From: an uncultured Anaeromyxobacteraceae bacterium
GTDB lineage: Bacteria; Myxococcota_A; UBA9042; DTJE01
Assembly (NCBI GenBank): GCA_964531595.1
Contig: CAZHDQ010000001.1
Location: forward strand, 1-24,737
Direction: 5' to 3'
DNA length: 24,737 bases
Shown here: positions 7,716 to 16,860 of the stretch, piece by piece
Numbering within the stretch: position 1 is the stretch's first letter
Layout: each line of letters opens with the position of its first letter
The notes under the pieces: model-generated
What the model was told of the DNA's origin: nothing
What the model saw: only the letters and a program-made list of their open reading frames with translations
Database searches by the model: none
Position numbers and translations under genes: made by a program

Positions 7716-8401
7716 AACGCACAAATGCGATCTGGGTGTTCCTTTGCTTCCTTTTGCTGGCGCCGGCGTCCGCGTCTGCGTTGGAGGTCATCGTCGGCAT
7801 GCCCTACGGAGACCACCCCATAGGGCACACGGCGGTCCGCGTCCGGACCTTCGATTCCGACGAAGCGGTCATTTTCGACTTCGGCCGCTACAGCAAGGTA
7901 TGGGGATACCTGCGTTTTCAAGGCGAAGGCGTGATGCGAGTTTGGCGCGGTCCCGAGGCCATACGGAAATACTTCGCGAAACAACAGTCGTTCCGGGATT
8001 CGATAGGTTACGAAATCAAGGTCACCCCAAAGGAAGAACGTCGCATCCTGGCTTACTACGAGGGCCTGCTTAAAAGCGCGGTGTGGGTCAAAGAGTACCC
8101 GCTGCACAAACGCTATCGCCTGGCATCCGACTATCACGGCGTCTACAACCAATGTACGTCGATGTCGCTGGAAGGACTCAAGAAGGTGCTGCCTCGGAAG
8201 CGCTGGGAGGCCATCCTTGCCCCACGCCACAACCGCGGTCAAGGATTCAACGAGGCCACGCGAACCTACTTTTACAGCGTTCAGAAGGAGAAGGGGCTAA
8301 ACGAGGTTGTCGTGCCGCTGGATGTCGTCGACGCCCTGGAAGACGCCCACCGCCGACTGCCGAAGGTCGTCGTGGCCGTCCGACGTTACGACCGCCACTA
8401 A
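7712..8401 (+). CDS. Secreted protein, Lnb/DUF4105-like (permuted papain-like His/Cys) domain
   Basis: ATGA overlap with the GNAT stop. Sec signal (..LLAPASASA-LE). Motifs GHTAVRV (7823), FDFG and YNQCTS (Cys at 8153) match the DUF4105 pattern GH.x.LR / F(N/D)YG / NCT. Confidence 0.65.
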   Translation: MKRTNAIWVFLCFLLLAPASASALEVIVGMPYGDHPIGHTAVRVRTFDSDEAVIFDFGRYSKVWGYLRFQGEGVMRVWRGPEAIRKYFAKQQSFRDSIGYEIKVTPKEERRILAYYEGLLKSAVWVKEYPLHKRYRLASDYHGVYNQCTSMSLEGLKKVLPRKRWEAILAPRHNRGQGFNEATRTYFYSVQKEKGLNEVVVPLDVVDALEDAHRRLPKVVVAVRRYDRH

Positions 8402-8576
8402 CCCCTCGCGCGACCAACAGGAACGCCGGAACCTGGACGATACGATTGCTGGAGGTCAACGACCCGTGGTCGCCTGGAGGACCCAGTGCTAGACTAGCCA
8501 GTCGATTACGAGGTCGGACGCGGCCACCCGACCGCTGATCGGCGATTCCAGGCAACAAGGCAGAGGAACGGGGCGA

Positions 8577-11420
8577 ATGGAACGCCTGGTCCTGATCGAA
8601 TTCATCGCTGCCGACCGCCCGATCCGCGGGATCCAATTCCCCTATATCCATGGATTCGTGAAGGGACGGGGGCTTTTTTCCCACTGGCTTCGGTTCGGAC
8701 TGGCCCACGCTTCCCACCAATTCGTCAGAGGCGAGCACGGGATCGGCCTGGAACCGGGGGACATGGCGGCGCTGCTCGACTACCTCGACGCCTTCAAGCC
8801 GACTCGGGCGGTCTTCAACATCGCCCCGTCCTCCGATTTCCTTCGACAAATCGGCGATCGCTGTCCGGGCCTGCGGACGGCACTCGCCGGGACCCGCGGA
8901 ATGGGGGCCGCCGATCCTGGGCAAGGCCTAGAAACACTGTTCGGCACGACGCTGGAATTGACGCGCTTCCTGGGACTGCCCGAGGTCGCCGGGAAACCAA
9001 CATCGTTCATGCACGAAGTGACCCCGGATTTCGGCTTTTTGGCCATGAACCCGCTGGCGCGCAAGATCGACCCGATCCCCTACGTGGTGCTGGACTCGAC
9101 GTGCAAGTACGCACGCGGTCTGCGACACAACCCATTATTTTTGGACATCGACCTTTCCGGATGCGATCGCACAACCGGCTGCACCTTTTGCGACATCTCG
9201 GACGACTACCGGGCCGGTCTGACATTCACCCTGGAAAACGCCCGGATGCAGTTCGAGGCGCTGAAGCACACCCTGCCGCCCTTCGACCGGCCGGTCCAGG
9301 TCCGGCTGATCGGCGACCGATTGTTGGACCACGCGCCAAACCTGGTCCGGATTGCCCTGGACCTGGACATGCCCCCGTGCGAATGGCAGTTCGACACGCG
9401 TGCGGACGATTTGGTGCGCAGCCGTGTACGGTTCGAGGAGGCCCTCGTGTTGGCCACCGGAACCGGCCACCGGGTCCGGGTCACGCTGCTGGGCATCGAA
9501 AACTTCTCCCGCGACGAACTGTTGCGGATGAACAAGGGGTTGACCCCACAAGACAACCTGGACGCCATCCGGTGCCTCGTCGAATTGGGACGCGATCACC
9601 CGGCAGTCTTCGGCTCGATGGACGGTGGCTGCAGCACCATCCTCTTTTCCCCGTGGACGACGCTCGAAGACGTAGCTTTCAACCTTCGCATCATCAAAGA
9701 AGCCGGGATTTTTACGCTGACTGGAAAACTGCTCGGCTCACGGATGCGCCTGATCCCCGGCACCCCGATCGCGGCGCTGGCGCAACACGACGGATTAACG
9801 ACGGCGCAGTTCGACGACCCGCTGTTCGAATCCGCCATGCGAAACCTGTACGGCCAGGAAATTCCCTGGAAATTTCAGGATGCACGCGCGGACACTCTGT
9901 GCCGGATATTCGTCAGGCTGGACCTTGGGGTTAACGCGGATACGACGGACCCGTTGACACGCCAGGTCTCCCGCCTGCTGCAGGGCACCGGTGAGGACGT
10001 ATCGGCCATCCTGGACATCGCGCTGTCGCTGGTGGACGCGCTGACGAAACGTTGTCCACCGACCGAGATCTCGCTGAGAGCCGTCCCCTCGGCGTCGGAA
10101 CTTCTAAAACATTTCCAGCCGGTCTGTGGCGCGCATTCAGGTGGGGACGAACACCCGGACGATGTCGCCGCGGAACGCCCACCGGTTGCGTGGGCAGCCT
10201 CGCGGCCTGGTTGGTGGCACTCCCACGTCCGTCTGCTGTGTGCCACCGTGAATGCTGGCCTGAAGCCGGTCGCAAAACTGGAAGGCGTGCCCCGCGAACT
10301 GATCGGCCGTTTCGCCACCGAATTCGACATGCCGAACCTGATGGTCGTCGATTCCACCATGTACCCGGAGGGGCACCCGATCCTGTATTTTGGCAAGGAT
10401 CCTGAATCGGTGCAGCGACTTGCCAGGTTGACTCAAGTCCGGACGGGCGAGGCTTGGTCCGCCACGGCCCGCCCCAGGGACACGACCGGTGAGATCGGCG
10501 CGCTGCTCGGTTATCCGGCATGCTGCGTCAAGGCATTCCGGACCGGCAGCCAACGAGACGTCAACCGGTTCATTGAGATGCGACTAAACGACTCAGAACG
10601 GATCCCGCCGGAGCGCAATCCCTGGCCCTTCTCGGGGATATCTGCCGTACCTTGCAGCCCCGGATGCAGCGTCTGGCTCGAAGGCAACCAACGCATGCTG
10701 AATGCGGCCCACGCGGCGTTTACCGACGAGACATTTTCACTCCTAGAAGCATCCATGTCCCACCCCTGGCTACTGCTGCCGGAATTCGACTCCAGCATCC
10801 AAATGATCCCCGACGACCCGGTTGGACCCCACTTTCGATTCACACTGCCCGGCCCGGATCCGCACCCACTGGCTATGATCGGCGTCCTGGATGCCGACGA
10901 AATCCGGATGGACGACGAGCGAACGTGGCTGTTTCACCGTGGTGTGAAGGTAGCGGACCTTTCGATGCGGGCATTCGTCTGGTCCCACGAAAAAGTATTT
11001 CAGAGGCGCCTTTGGCAGTCGGTCCTGGACCTTCGCCAGATGACGAGGCCCCTTCGCGATAGGGCCGCTACAGCCGGCGCGTCGTCCCGCTCGGTCGCGG
11101 AAAAACTGCACGGATTCGTTTCGCAGATCCTGGCACGTTTCGAGTTCCGGGACACAAATGGCGGCGGGTTTCGAATCGGCAGCATCCGGGCTGTCGCGGA
11201 TGACAGCGTACACGTGGCGCTGGTGTCCGACCATGACACGTTTACGGTGGTGCTAAGGCCCCGAAAGGCCACACCAAAGGCATTTTTGAACCTGGGTCCT
11301 CTGGCACTCCTGTACCCGGGAGACCCCGCCGACAGCACCCAGGAACGCCAGCAGGCTATCCACGAACTGGCCGACCGCCTGGCCCACGGGATCGCCGAAC
11401 GAAGAAGGGATTACCGGTGA
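8577..11420 (+). CDS. Atypical radical SAM protein (947 aa) with a DUF483-like Cys-rich C-terminal fusion
   Basis: C-X19-C-X5-C-X2-C at 9102-9191 (..GCDRTTGCTFC). Radical SAM barrel elements 'LLGIENFSRDELLRMNKG', 'ILFSPWTT' and 'RMRLIPGTP'. C-terminal 'IGALLGYPACCVKAF' and 'PCSPGC'. Confidence 0.8.
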   Translation: MERLVLIEFIAADRPIRGIQFPYIHGFVKGRGLFSHWLRFGLAHASHQFVRGEHGIGLEPGDMAALLDYLDAFKPTRAVFNIAPSSDFLRQIGDRCPGLRTALAGTRGMGAADPGQGLETLFGTTLELTRFLGLPEVAGKPTSFMHEVTPDFGFLAMNPLARKIDPIPYVVLDSTCKYARGLRHNPLFLDIDLSGCDRTTGCTFCDISDDYRAGLTFTLENARMQFEALKHTLPPFDRPVQVRLIGDRLLDHAPNLVRIALDLDMPPCEWQFDTRADDLVRSRVRFEEALVLATGTGHRVRVTLLGIENFSRDELLRMNKGLTPQDNLDAIRCLVELGRDHPAVFGSMDGGCSTILFSPWTTLEDVAFNLRIIKEAGIFTLTGKLLGSRMRLIPGTPIAALAQHDGLTTAQFDDPLFESAMRNLYGQEIPWKFQDARADTLCRIFVRLDLGVNADTTDPLTRQVSRLLQGTGEDVSAILDIALSLVDALTKRCPPTEISLRAVPSASELLKHFQPVCGAHSGGDEHPDDVAAERPPVAWAASRPGWWHSHVRLLCATVNAGLKPVAKLEGVPRELIGRFATEFDMPNLMVVDSTMYPEGHPILYFGKDPESVQRLARLTQVRTGEAWSATARPRDTTGEIGALLGYPACCVKAFRTGSQRDVNRFIEMRLNDSERIPPERNPWPFSGISAVPCSPGCSVWLEGNQRMLNAAHAAFTDETFSLLEASMSHPWLLLPEFDSSIQMIPDDPVGPHFRFTLPGPDPHPLAMIGVLDADEIRMDDERTWLFHRGVKVADLSMRAFVWSHEKVFQRRLWQSVLDLRQMTRPLRDRAATAGASSRSVAEKLHGFVSQILARFEFRDTNGGGFRIGSIRAVADDSVHVALVSDHDTFTVVLRPRKATPKAFLNLGPLALLYPGDPADSTQERQQAIHELADRLAHGIAERRRDYR

Positions 11421-11510
11421 ACCGACCGCCTTACGCACCCCACGTGCCGGCCCTCATCGGCCCGTTTGGCCTGCCGGTAGGTGTGTAGGAACTGCCTGCG
11501 CCTCTAACGC

Positions 11511-11540
11511 TGACTGACAAGATGACTAGATTGTCAGTCA
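11511..11540. promoter_or_regulatory. Perfect 10-bp inverted repeat, candidate repressor operator (TetR-like)
   Basis: TGACTGACAA-gatgactaga-TTGTCAGTCA with a nested TGAC-N6-GTCA (11523-11536), ending 21 nt before ATG 11562 and upstream of the GGGAG RBS. Confidence 0.7.
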
Positions 11541-11561
11541 ACCTAGCAGGGAGACCGGACC

Positions 11562-12593
11562 ATGAGCCAATCAAACACCGTCAACCGCCGGATCGTGCTC
11601 GCTCAGCGCCCTCGGGGCGAACCTGACGAAAATACGCTACGGCTGGAAAACGTCGCCATCCCGAAACCCGCCCAGGGCCAGATGCTGCTGCGCAATGAAT
11701 ATCTGTCGCTGGACCCGTACATGCGGGGCCGGATGAGTGACGCGCCCTCCTACGCCGCGCCTGTCGAAATTGGCGACGTGATGGTGGGAGGAACCGTTTC
11801 GCAGGTTGTGACGTCAAACGTGGACGGATTTTCCGAAGGGGACTGGGTCGGCGCGTACGGCGGCTGGCAGGATTATGTGCTGTCCGATGGCAATGGCGTC
11901 ATCAACATGGGCAAGAACCCGGAAAATCCGTCGTGGACTCTGGGCGTCCTTGGAATGCCGGGCCTGACGGCTTGGGCGGGATTGACACAAATCGGGCAGC
12001 CGAAAGCTGGTGAAACACTTGTGGTTGCAGGGGCCAGCGGGCCGGTGGGCGCGACAGTCGGCCAGATCGGCAAAATTCTGGGATGTCGCGTTGTCGGTAT
12101 CGCCGGCGGGGCAAAGAAGTGCCGCCATGTGGTTGAAACCTTGGGGTTCGACGCTTGTATCGACCACAAGGCTGAGGGGTTTGCCGATGCGTTGAAAGCG
12201 GCGGTGCCCGATGGCATCGACGTCTATTTCGAAAACGTCGGCGGTGCCGTCTTCGACGCGGTTCTGCCGCTGCTGAATCCAGCGTCGCGCATCCCGCTGT
12301 GCGGCTTGATCTCACAATACAATGCAACGTCCTTGCCTAAAGGTCCGGACCGGATGAACTTCCTGATGGGACAAATACTGCGCCGCAGGATCACGATGCG
12401 GGGGTTCATCGTCTTCAACGATTTCGGGCATCTCTATCCGGAATTTGCCAGCAAAATGATCGCCTGGGTCAAACAGGGCAAGATCAAGTACCGCGAGGAA
12501 ATGATCGCAGGGCTGGAACAGGCGCCAACCGCATTTATCGGGCTCCTGCGCGGCGAAGCTTTTGGCAAGCGTGTCATCCAACTGAGCGACTGA
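11562..12593 (+). CDS. NADP-dependent oxidoreductase, MDR superfamily (CurA/YncB, prostaglandin-reductase-like alkenal/one reductase)
   Basis: 'NRRIVLAQRPRG', 'YLSLDPYMRGRMSDAPSY', 'LGVLGMPGLTAW', NADP motif 'AGASGPVG', 'DVYFENVGG', 'LCGLISQYN'. Confidence 0.95.
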   Translation: MSQSNTVNRRIVLAQRPRGEPDENTLRLENVAIPKPAQGQMLLRNEYLSLDPYMRGRMSDAPSYAAPVEIGDVMVGGTVSQVVTSNVDGFSEGDWVGAYGGWQDYVLSDGNGVINMGKNPENPSWTLGVLGMPGLTAWAGLTQIGQPKAGETLVVAGASGPVGATVGQIGKILGCRVVGIAGGAKKCRHVVETLGFDACIDHKAEGFADALKAAVPDGIDVYFENVGGAVFDAVLPLLNPASRIPLCGLISQYNATSLPKGPDRMNFLMGQILRRRITMRGFIVFNDFGHLYPEFASKMIAWVKQGKIKYREEMIAGLEQAPTAFIGLLRGEAFGKRVIQLSD

Positions 12594-12922
12594 TACAGAC
12601 AAGAACCCGATCCCTGCGTGTAGCGTGTGAGGATCTCGGATACATTCGCATGTCGACGACGGTAGTCTGGACATATACTCCACGGGTGAAGATTTTTTGC
12701 CCCGCACGACGGGGTTCACCGGCGCGATAATGACGGCCGATCTGCGGCGCAACTCTTCACCTTGGACTAGGATAAGGTTCATCGAATCCAGTGGTTGCAT
12801 TGAACCTTCGGTTAGCGAGTGGCTTCCGTCGATGCTGGTGCAATGAACGGGGCACCCGCCATTGGGCAGGGGTTTGAATTGTTCCTGCGAACGGCTGGGC
12901 GCTATTCAAAGAAAGGTGAGTC

Positions 12923-14293
12923 GTGAAACAAGGCCATCTGATTTTGGCAATGACCCTGGTTGTGATGACACTCCCGGGCTGTAGTAAGCAATCGGCAGGG
13001 CCGAATGTCGACGAGTTAGACAATCCGGCGACCGAGGATAGCGCCCAAGTGCTCGTCGCCGTGCATTCGTACACGGGACGCACAATTGTCGCCGGGCTGG
13101 CCATCGCCGCCATGCTCGATGCACGTTTCGTGCGCTACGGGAGTCCTCCTCAGGGGCTCCCGGCACTGCCTGGCGCCTCTGCCAAAAAACATCCCCAGTT
13201 GGCTCCAGCAGATGTCACCAGCGCAGACACGGTCTTCCTCGGCTTCCCGATTTGGTCGGATGGCCCAAGCCCAGACGCGATGCGTATCGCCGCCCTGCCC
13301 GAGTTCGCCGGGAAACGCGTCGTACCCTTTTTCACCTACGTACACTACGTGCAGCCCGAGACGCTCTCGGCCCTCAGCGTGGTGCTCGAGAAGTCGGGCG
13401 CGACAGCGTTGCCGCCGGTGGGGATCCGCATCCCAATGTTCGACACGGAGGAGCAGGTCGTGGCCTCCGTGGAGCAGGCTATCCTTGCCCGACCCGACCT
13501 GTGGGGAGGCGACCAGTCGACACCCGATCGTGTCTGCCACGAGCCGTCGGGAAACGAGGACCGCACATGTCGAGTGCCCGCCGGACACGCCTGGGTCGGC
13601 GATACTCGGATTCAAGACGCCCCTCGTGGCTACATCAGGCCCCGCCTTGTGCATGTGCCTGCGTTCGATATCGATCGCGCCGAAGCGACCGTCGCCGACC
13701 TCCGCCAGTGCACCGAGGCGGGCGCCTGCCCACCACTGAAACTCCAAGGCTTCTGCGTCACGCTGGTGCAGGAAGGGGGCGAAGGCGTCCCGGCGCCCTG
13801 TGTCAGTTACGGGCAGGCCGTAGCGTACTGCCGCTGGCGTGGGATGACGCTCCCGACGCAGGCTCAGTGGGCGCGAGCCGCGCGGGGGGCTACTACCTGG
13901 GCGTATCCGTGGCCCGGGGACTTTCGCCGGGACGGGGGAAATCTGGGCGAGCACCCGCCCTTCGGCTACCCCGACTACAGCATCCCCACGGCGCAGGCCG
14001 ACTGGCCCTTCGACGGCTACCGAGGTCTTGCCCCACCATGCCATTTCGAGCATGGACTTAGCGCCTTCGGGCTCTGTGACATGGCTGGGAACGTGGCGGA
14101 GTGGCTCGACCAGCAAGCGTCCGACTCGTCCTGGGCGCCCCTCACCGGGGGATCATGGTTGAGCGTCGACCCCAGCGACGTGCGGGTTGGATCGTTGGCC
14201 TATCATCCGAAAGATTTTGCCTTCTACCTGACCGGCGTGCGGTGCGCACGGCCGGCGTCGATCTCGACCACCACGCCTGACTCCGACGACTGA
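12923..14293 (+). CDS. Lipoprotein: flavodoxin-like domain fused to a formylglycine-generating-enzyme-like (FGE-sulfatase/SUMF1/EgtB/PvdO) domain
   Basis: GTG after GAAAGGTGA; lipobox TLPG-C. Flavodoxin motifs 'VHSYTGRT' and 'DTVFLGFPIW...GKRVVPFFT'. FGE motifs 'AVAYCRWRGMTLPTQAQWARAARG', 'FGLCDMAGNVAEW', 'GGSW' and 'GVRCAR'. Confidence 0.85.
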   Translation: MKQGHLILAMTLVVMTLPGCSKQSAGPNVDELDNPATEDSAQVLVAVHSYTGRTIVAGLAIAAMLDARFVRYGSPPQGLPALPGASAKKHPQLAPADVTSADTVFLGFPIWSDGPSPDAMRIAALPEFAGKRVVPFFTYVHYVQPETLSALSVVLEKSGATALPPVGIRIPMFDTEEQVVASVEQAILARPDLWGGDQSTPDRVCHEPSGNEDRTCRVPAGHAWVGDTRIQDAPRGYIRPRLVHVPAFDIDRAEATVADLRQCTEAGACPPLKLQGFCVTLVQEGGEGVPAPCVSYGQAVAYCRWRGMTLPTQAQWARAARGATTWAYPWPGDFRRDGGNLGEHPPFGYPDYSIPTAQADWPFDGYRGLAPPCHFEHGLSAFGLCDMAGNVAEWLDQQASDSSWAPLTGGSWLSVDPSDVRVGSLAYHPKDFAFYLTGVRCARPASISTTTPDSDD

Positions 14294-14466
14294 ACGAAGC
14301 AAGCCACGCCACGACGGCCTACGGCTTCACGAAGATTAGTGCGTCCGCCCATCGTGGCCAGACCTTGCGGATACATTGGCTGGTCAGGTGGGGTTCGGTT
14401 GAGGCATTCATTGAGTTTGGCGGAGTGACGCCGGACATTGTCTTCTGGATGGTGGCGTACCCGCCC

Positions 14467-16860
14467 TCACCGCCCCGTCTGCCCTGCAAGCGGCTTGAAC
14501 ATCAGGTTGTAAAACATCTCTAGGTAACGGCCGGTTTCCTCTCGCTCGGGTCGGGTGATGAACTTCCAGAAGCCGTAGATCCGCGACAGTGTCAGCATCC
14601 GCCGTGCGTACAGGCCCCAGGTATAGCGTTCCTCGACCCGAGCGATACCCGCCTCGGCCAGCCGTTCCCACACAGTCGGATCGTCTGCGCACCGCGCCAG
14701 GAAGTCCGCCATGCGCGCCGCCGCCTCGTCCCCGCGTGTCGGGTCGACATGGAAACCCGATTTCCCGTCCTCGATGATCTCCAGCGGCCCACCAAACCGT
14801 GTCGCGAACGTCGGCAGGCCCGACGCCATCGCCTCGATCACCGTCAGGCCAAACGCCTCGAACAGCGCAGGTTGCACGAACGCGCCGCGTCGATCTGCCA
14901 CCCACCGGTACAGTTCGCCGGACAGGTTTTTGTCCAGACGCGCCCCGACCCAGCGCACCTTGTCATCCAGCCCGTGGCGGTCCAGCAGTTCATGCATCAT
15001 CCCGATCTGGTGTCGTTCCTCCTCATCCTCCGACTGGTCGGCCCGGACGGCCCCGGCGATGATCAGCAGGTTGGACCGCTCCTGTAAGTCCGGCGACTCG
15101 GCGTACCACGACACCAGACCGGTCAGATTCTTGATGTGGTCCATGCGGGCCATGCTGAACAGCAGCGGCAGTCCGGGACGCTTTAGTTGCCCACGGGACT
15201 GGTCGTCGGGCCCGCCCAGCACCAGGCTTTCGATTTCGGGGTGCAGTTCGACCAACCGCCGCTCCTGGTCGCGCCATGGGAAAAAGACCGTGTCGTCGGC
15301 GCCCGGGGACACGATGTTGAACTTGGGGTCGAAGACGTCGATCCCGTCAAGTACGCGGTACAGGCCGGGCATCGTAAACGTCCGATAGGACTCGTACTGG
15401 CCCACGCCGCGGCCGGCACCAGCGATCTCCTGGTAGGTGCTGGATATCACGAAATCCGCCCCGTTCATCGCGATCAGGTCCGCCGTGAACTGGCTGCTGA
15501 AGTGGTAGCGATCCTCGTTGGCCTTCCAGTACATCGCCGAAAACAGGTACTTCAGTTTTTCCAGCGCGTGGGCGATGTTGCACTGGGTGACGCCCAACCG
15601 CTGGGACAGCAGCCACGCGACCAGATTCCCGTCGGTGTAGTTGCCGACGATCAGGTCGGGACGGTCACGCATCTCGCGCAGCAGTTCGGCCTCGACCTCC
15701 AGTGCGAAACGCTCCAGGTACGAGTAGATCTCGAATCGCGAGATCCAGTGTGGAACCACGCTGCCGTCGGGGGTGCGGAACGGGACTCGCAGGATCCGGG
15801 CGTTCCTGGTGCCGACGATCGGCTCCAGGCGCTGGTCACAGGTCGTTCCCCGCGCTTCGGGAATCAGCCGAGTCACGACCAGGATCTCGGGCACGATGTC
15901 CAACCCCTGCTCCTTGATCTGATGGCGCATCTCGCGTTCCAGCGCCCGCACCTGGTTCAGGATGTACACCACTTGGCCGCCGGTGTCTGGCATCCCCAAC
16001 ACGCCCGACTGGCCGAAAAACCCGTGGGGCGACAGGATCGCCACCCGAAAGATCATCGGGATGCGTGCCAAGAACGTTTCCAGAGCGGCCGGGGACGGAG
16101 CCTCCAAAATGTCCAGCAGCAGACTCAGCGTGTCACGCATGCGCCCCACGGTGTCGCCCCACCCCCGCAAAAAGCCCAGCGCCTCCAGTTCGGGCCCCGC
16201 CTCGTCCCATCCCTGGGCGTCATCACAACCTGCCAGGTGTTCCAGGGCGTTCGTAACCGCTTCCCTCAACTCTGGCACGACGGTGATCCGCCTGTCCAAC
16301 ATCAGCGGACGCCCGTCGTGCTGGTGGACGCGCAGGAATTCCAGAAGTGCCCGGGGCCCAGTGCCGTCGGTACTGCGAAATAGCCGGCTGGACAGAGCGC
16401 GGTTCAGGAATTCGACCCCCCGGCCGATTGAGCGGGGCTCCGTCATACGCGGCATGTCCCGGCCAAAGGGCTTGAAATCCAGTTCCAGCATCCATTCGTC
16501 GGCAGGGCGGTCGGGTTCGACCAAGCGTTCCTTGAAGCGCAGGAAGTCCGACGGCGTCACTTCGTCTATCAGCACTTCTTCCGCATGGAGCCGAAGATAG
16601 CGGTTGGCGGCCACGCGCGGACGCACATCCAACATCACCCAAGGCGCCGAGACCGCACATTCCTGGACGTCGACCATGATGGACTCGATATCCGTACCGG
16701 CCAGCGGCGCACCCGCCGGGGTCGCGACAAACTCCCGCCACACGGCGTCAAGATCGGTCGGCAGCAGGAACGGCCGCCCGGCGCGAATCAGTTGTTGCAG
16801 CAAAAGGTACAGGGGGCGACGATGTTTTGTTATCAGGGCTTCCAGTTTTTCCAGATTCAT
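14467..16860 (-). CDS. susA: Sucrose synthase (GT4)
   Basis: 797 aa; 'SPHGFFGQSGVLGMPDTGGQVVYIL', 'PDLIVGNYTDGNLVA', 'QCNIAHALEK', 'GIDVFDPKFNIVSPGAD', 'EAFGLTVIEAM'. ATGA overlap with the SPS stop. Confidence 0.96.
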   Translation of the reverse strand: MNLEKLEALITKHRRPLYLLLQQLIRAGRPFLLPTDLDAVWREFVATPAGAPLAGTDIESIMVDVQECAVSAPWVMLDVRPRVAANRYLRLHAEEVLIDEVTPSDFLRFKERLVEPDRPADEWMLELDFKPFGRDMPRMTEPRSIGRGVEFLNRALSSRLFRSTDGTGPRALLEFLRVHQHDGRPLMLDRRITVVPELREAVTNALEHLAGCDDAQGWDEAGPELEALGFLRGWGDTVGRMRDTLSLLLDILEAPSPAALETFLARIPMIFRVAILSPHGFFGQSGVLGMPDTGGQVVYILNQVRALEREMRHQIKEQGLDIVPEILVVTRLIPEARGTTCDQRLEPIVGTRNARILRVPFRTPDGSVVPHWISRFEIYSYLERFALEVEAELLREMRDRPDLIVGNYTDGNLVAWLLSQRLGVTQCNIAHALEKLKYLFSAMYWKANEDRYHFSSQFTADLIAMNGADFVISSTYQEIAGAGRGVGQYESYRTFTMPGLYRVLDGIDVFDPKFNIVSPGADDTVFFPWRDQERRLVELHPEIESLVLGGPDDQSRGQLKRPGLPLLFSMARMDHIKNLTGLVSWYAESPDLQERSNLLIIAGAVRADQSEDEEERHQIGMMHELLDRHGLDDKVRWVGARLDKNLSGELYRWVADRRGAFVQPALFEAFGLTVIEAMASGLPTFATRFGGPLEIIEDGKSGFHVDPTRGDEAAARMADFLARCADDPTVWERLAEAGIARVEERYTWGLYARRMLTLSRIYGFWKFITRPEREETGRYLEMFYNLMFKPLAGQTGR

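Noticed and set aside
12594-12922. Lost regulator or transposase remnant in the AT-richer gap after the oxidoreductase (ORF 12312-12800)
   Set aside because: No recognisable motif or terminal repeat, and the ORF overlaps the oxidoreductase in antisense.
13560-14293. Diversity-generating retroelement target (FGE/CLec fold)
   Set aside because: No reverse transcriptase, and no second copy of the 3' region differing at adenines was seen in the window.
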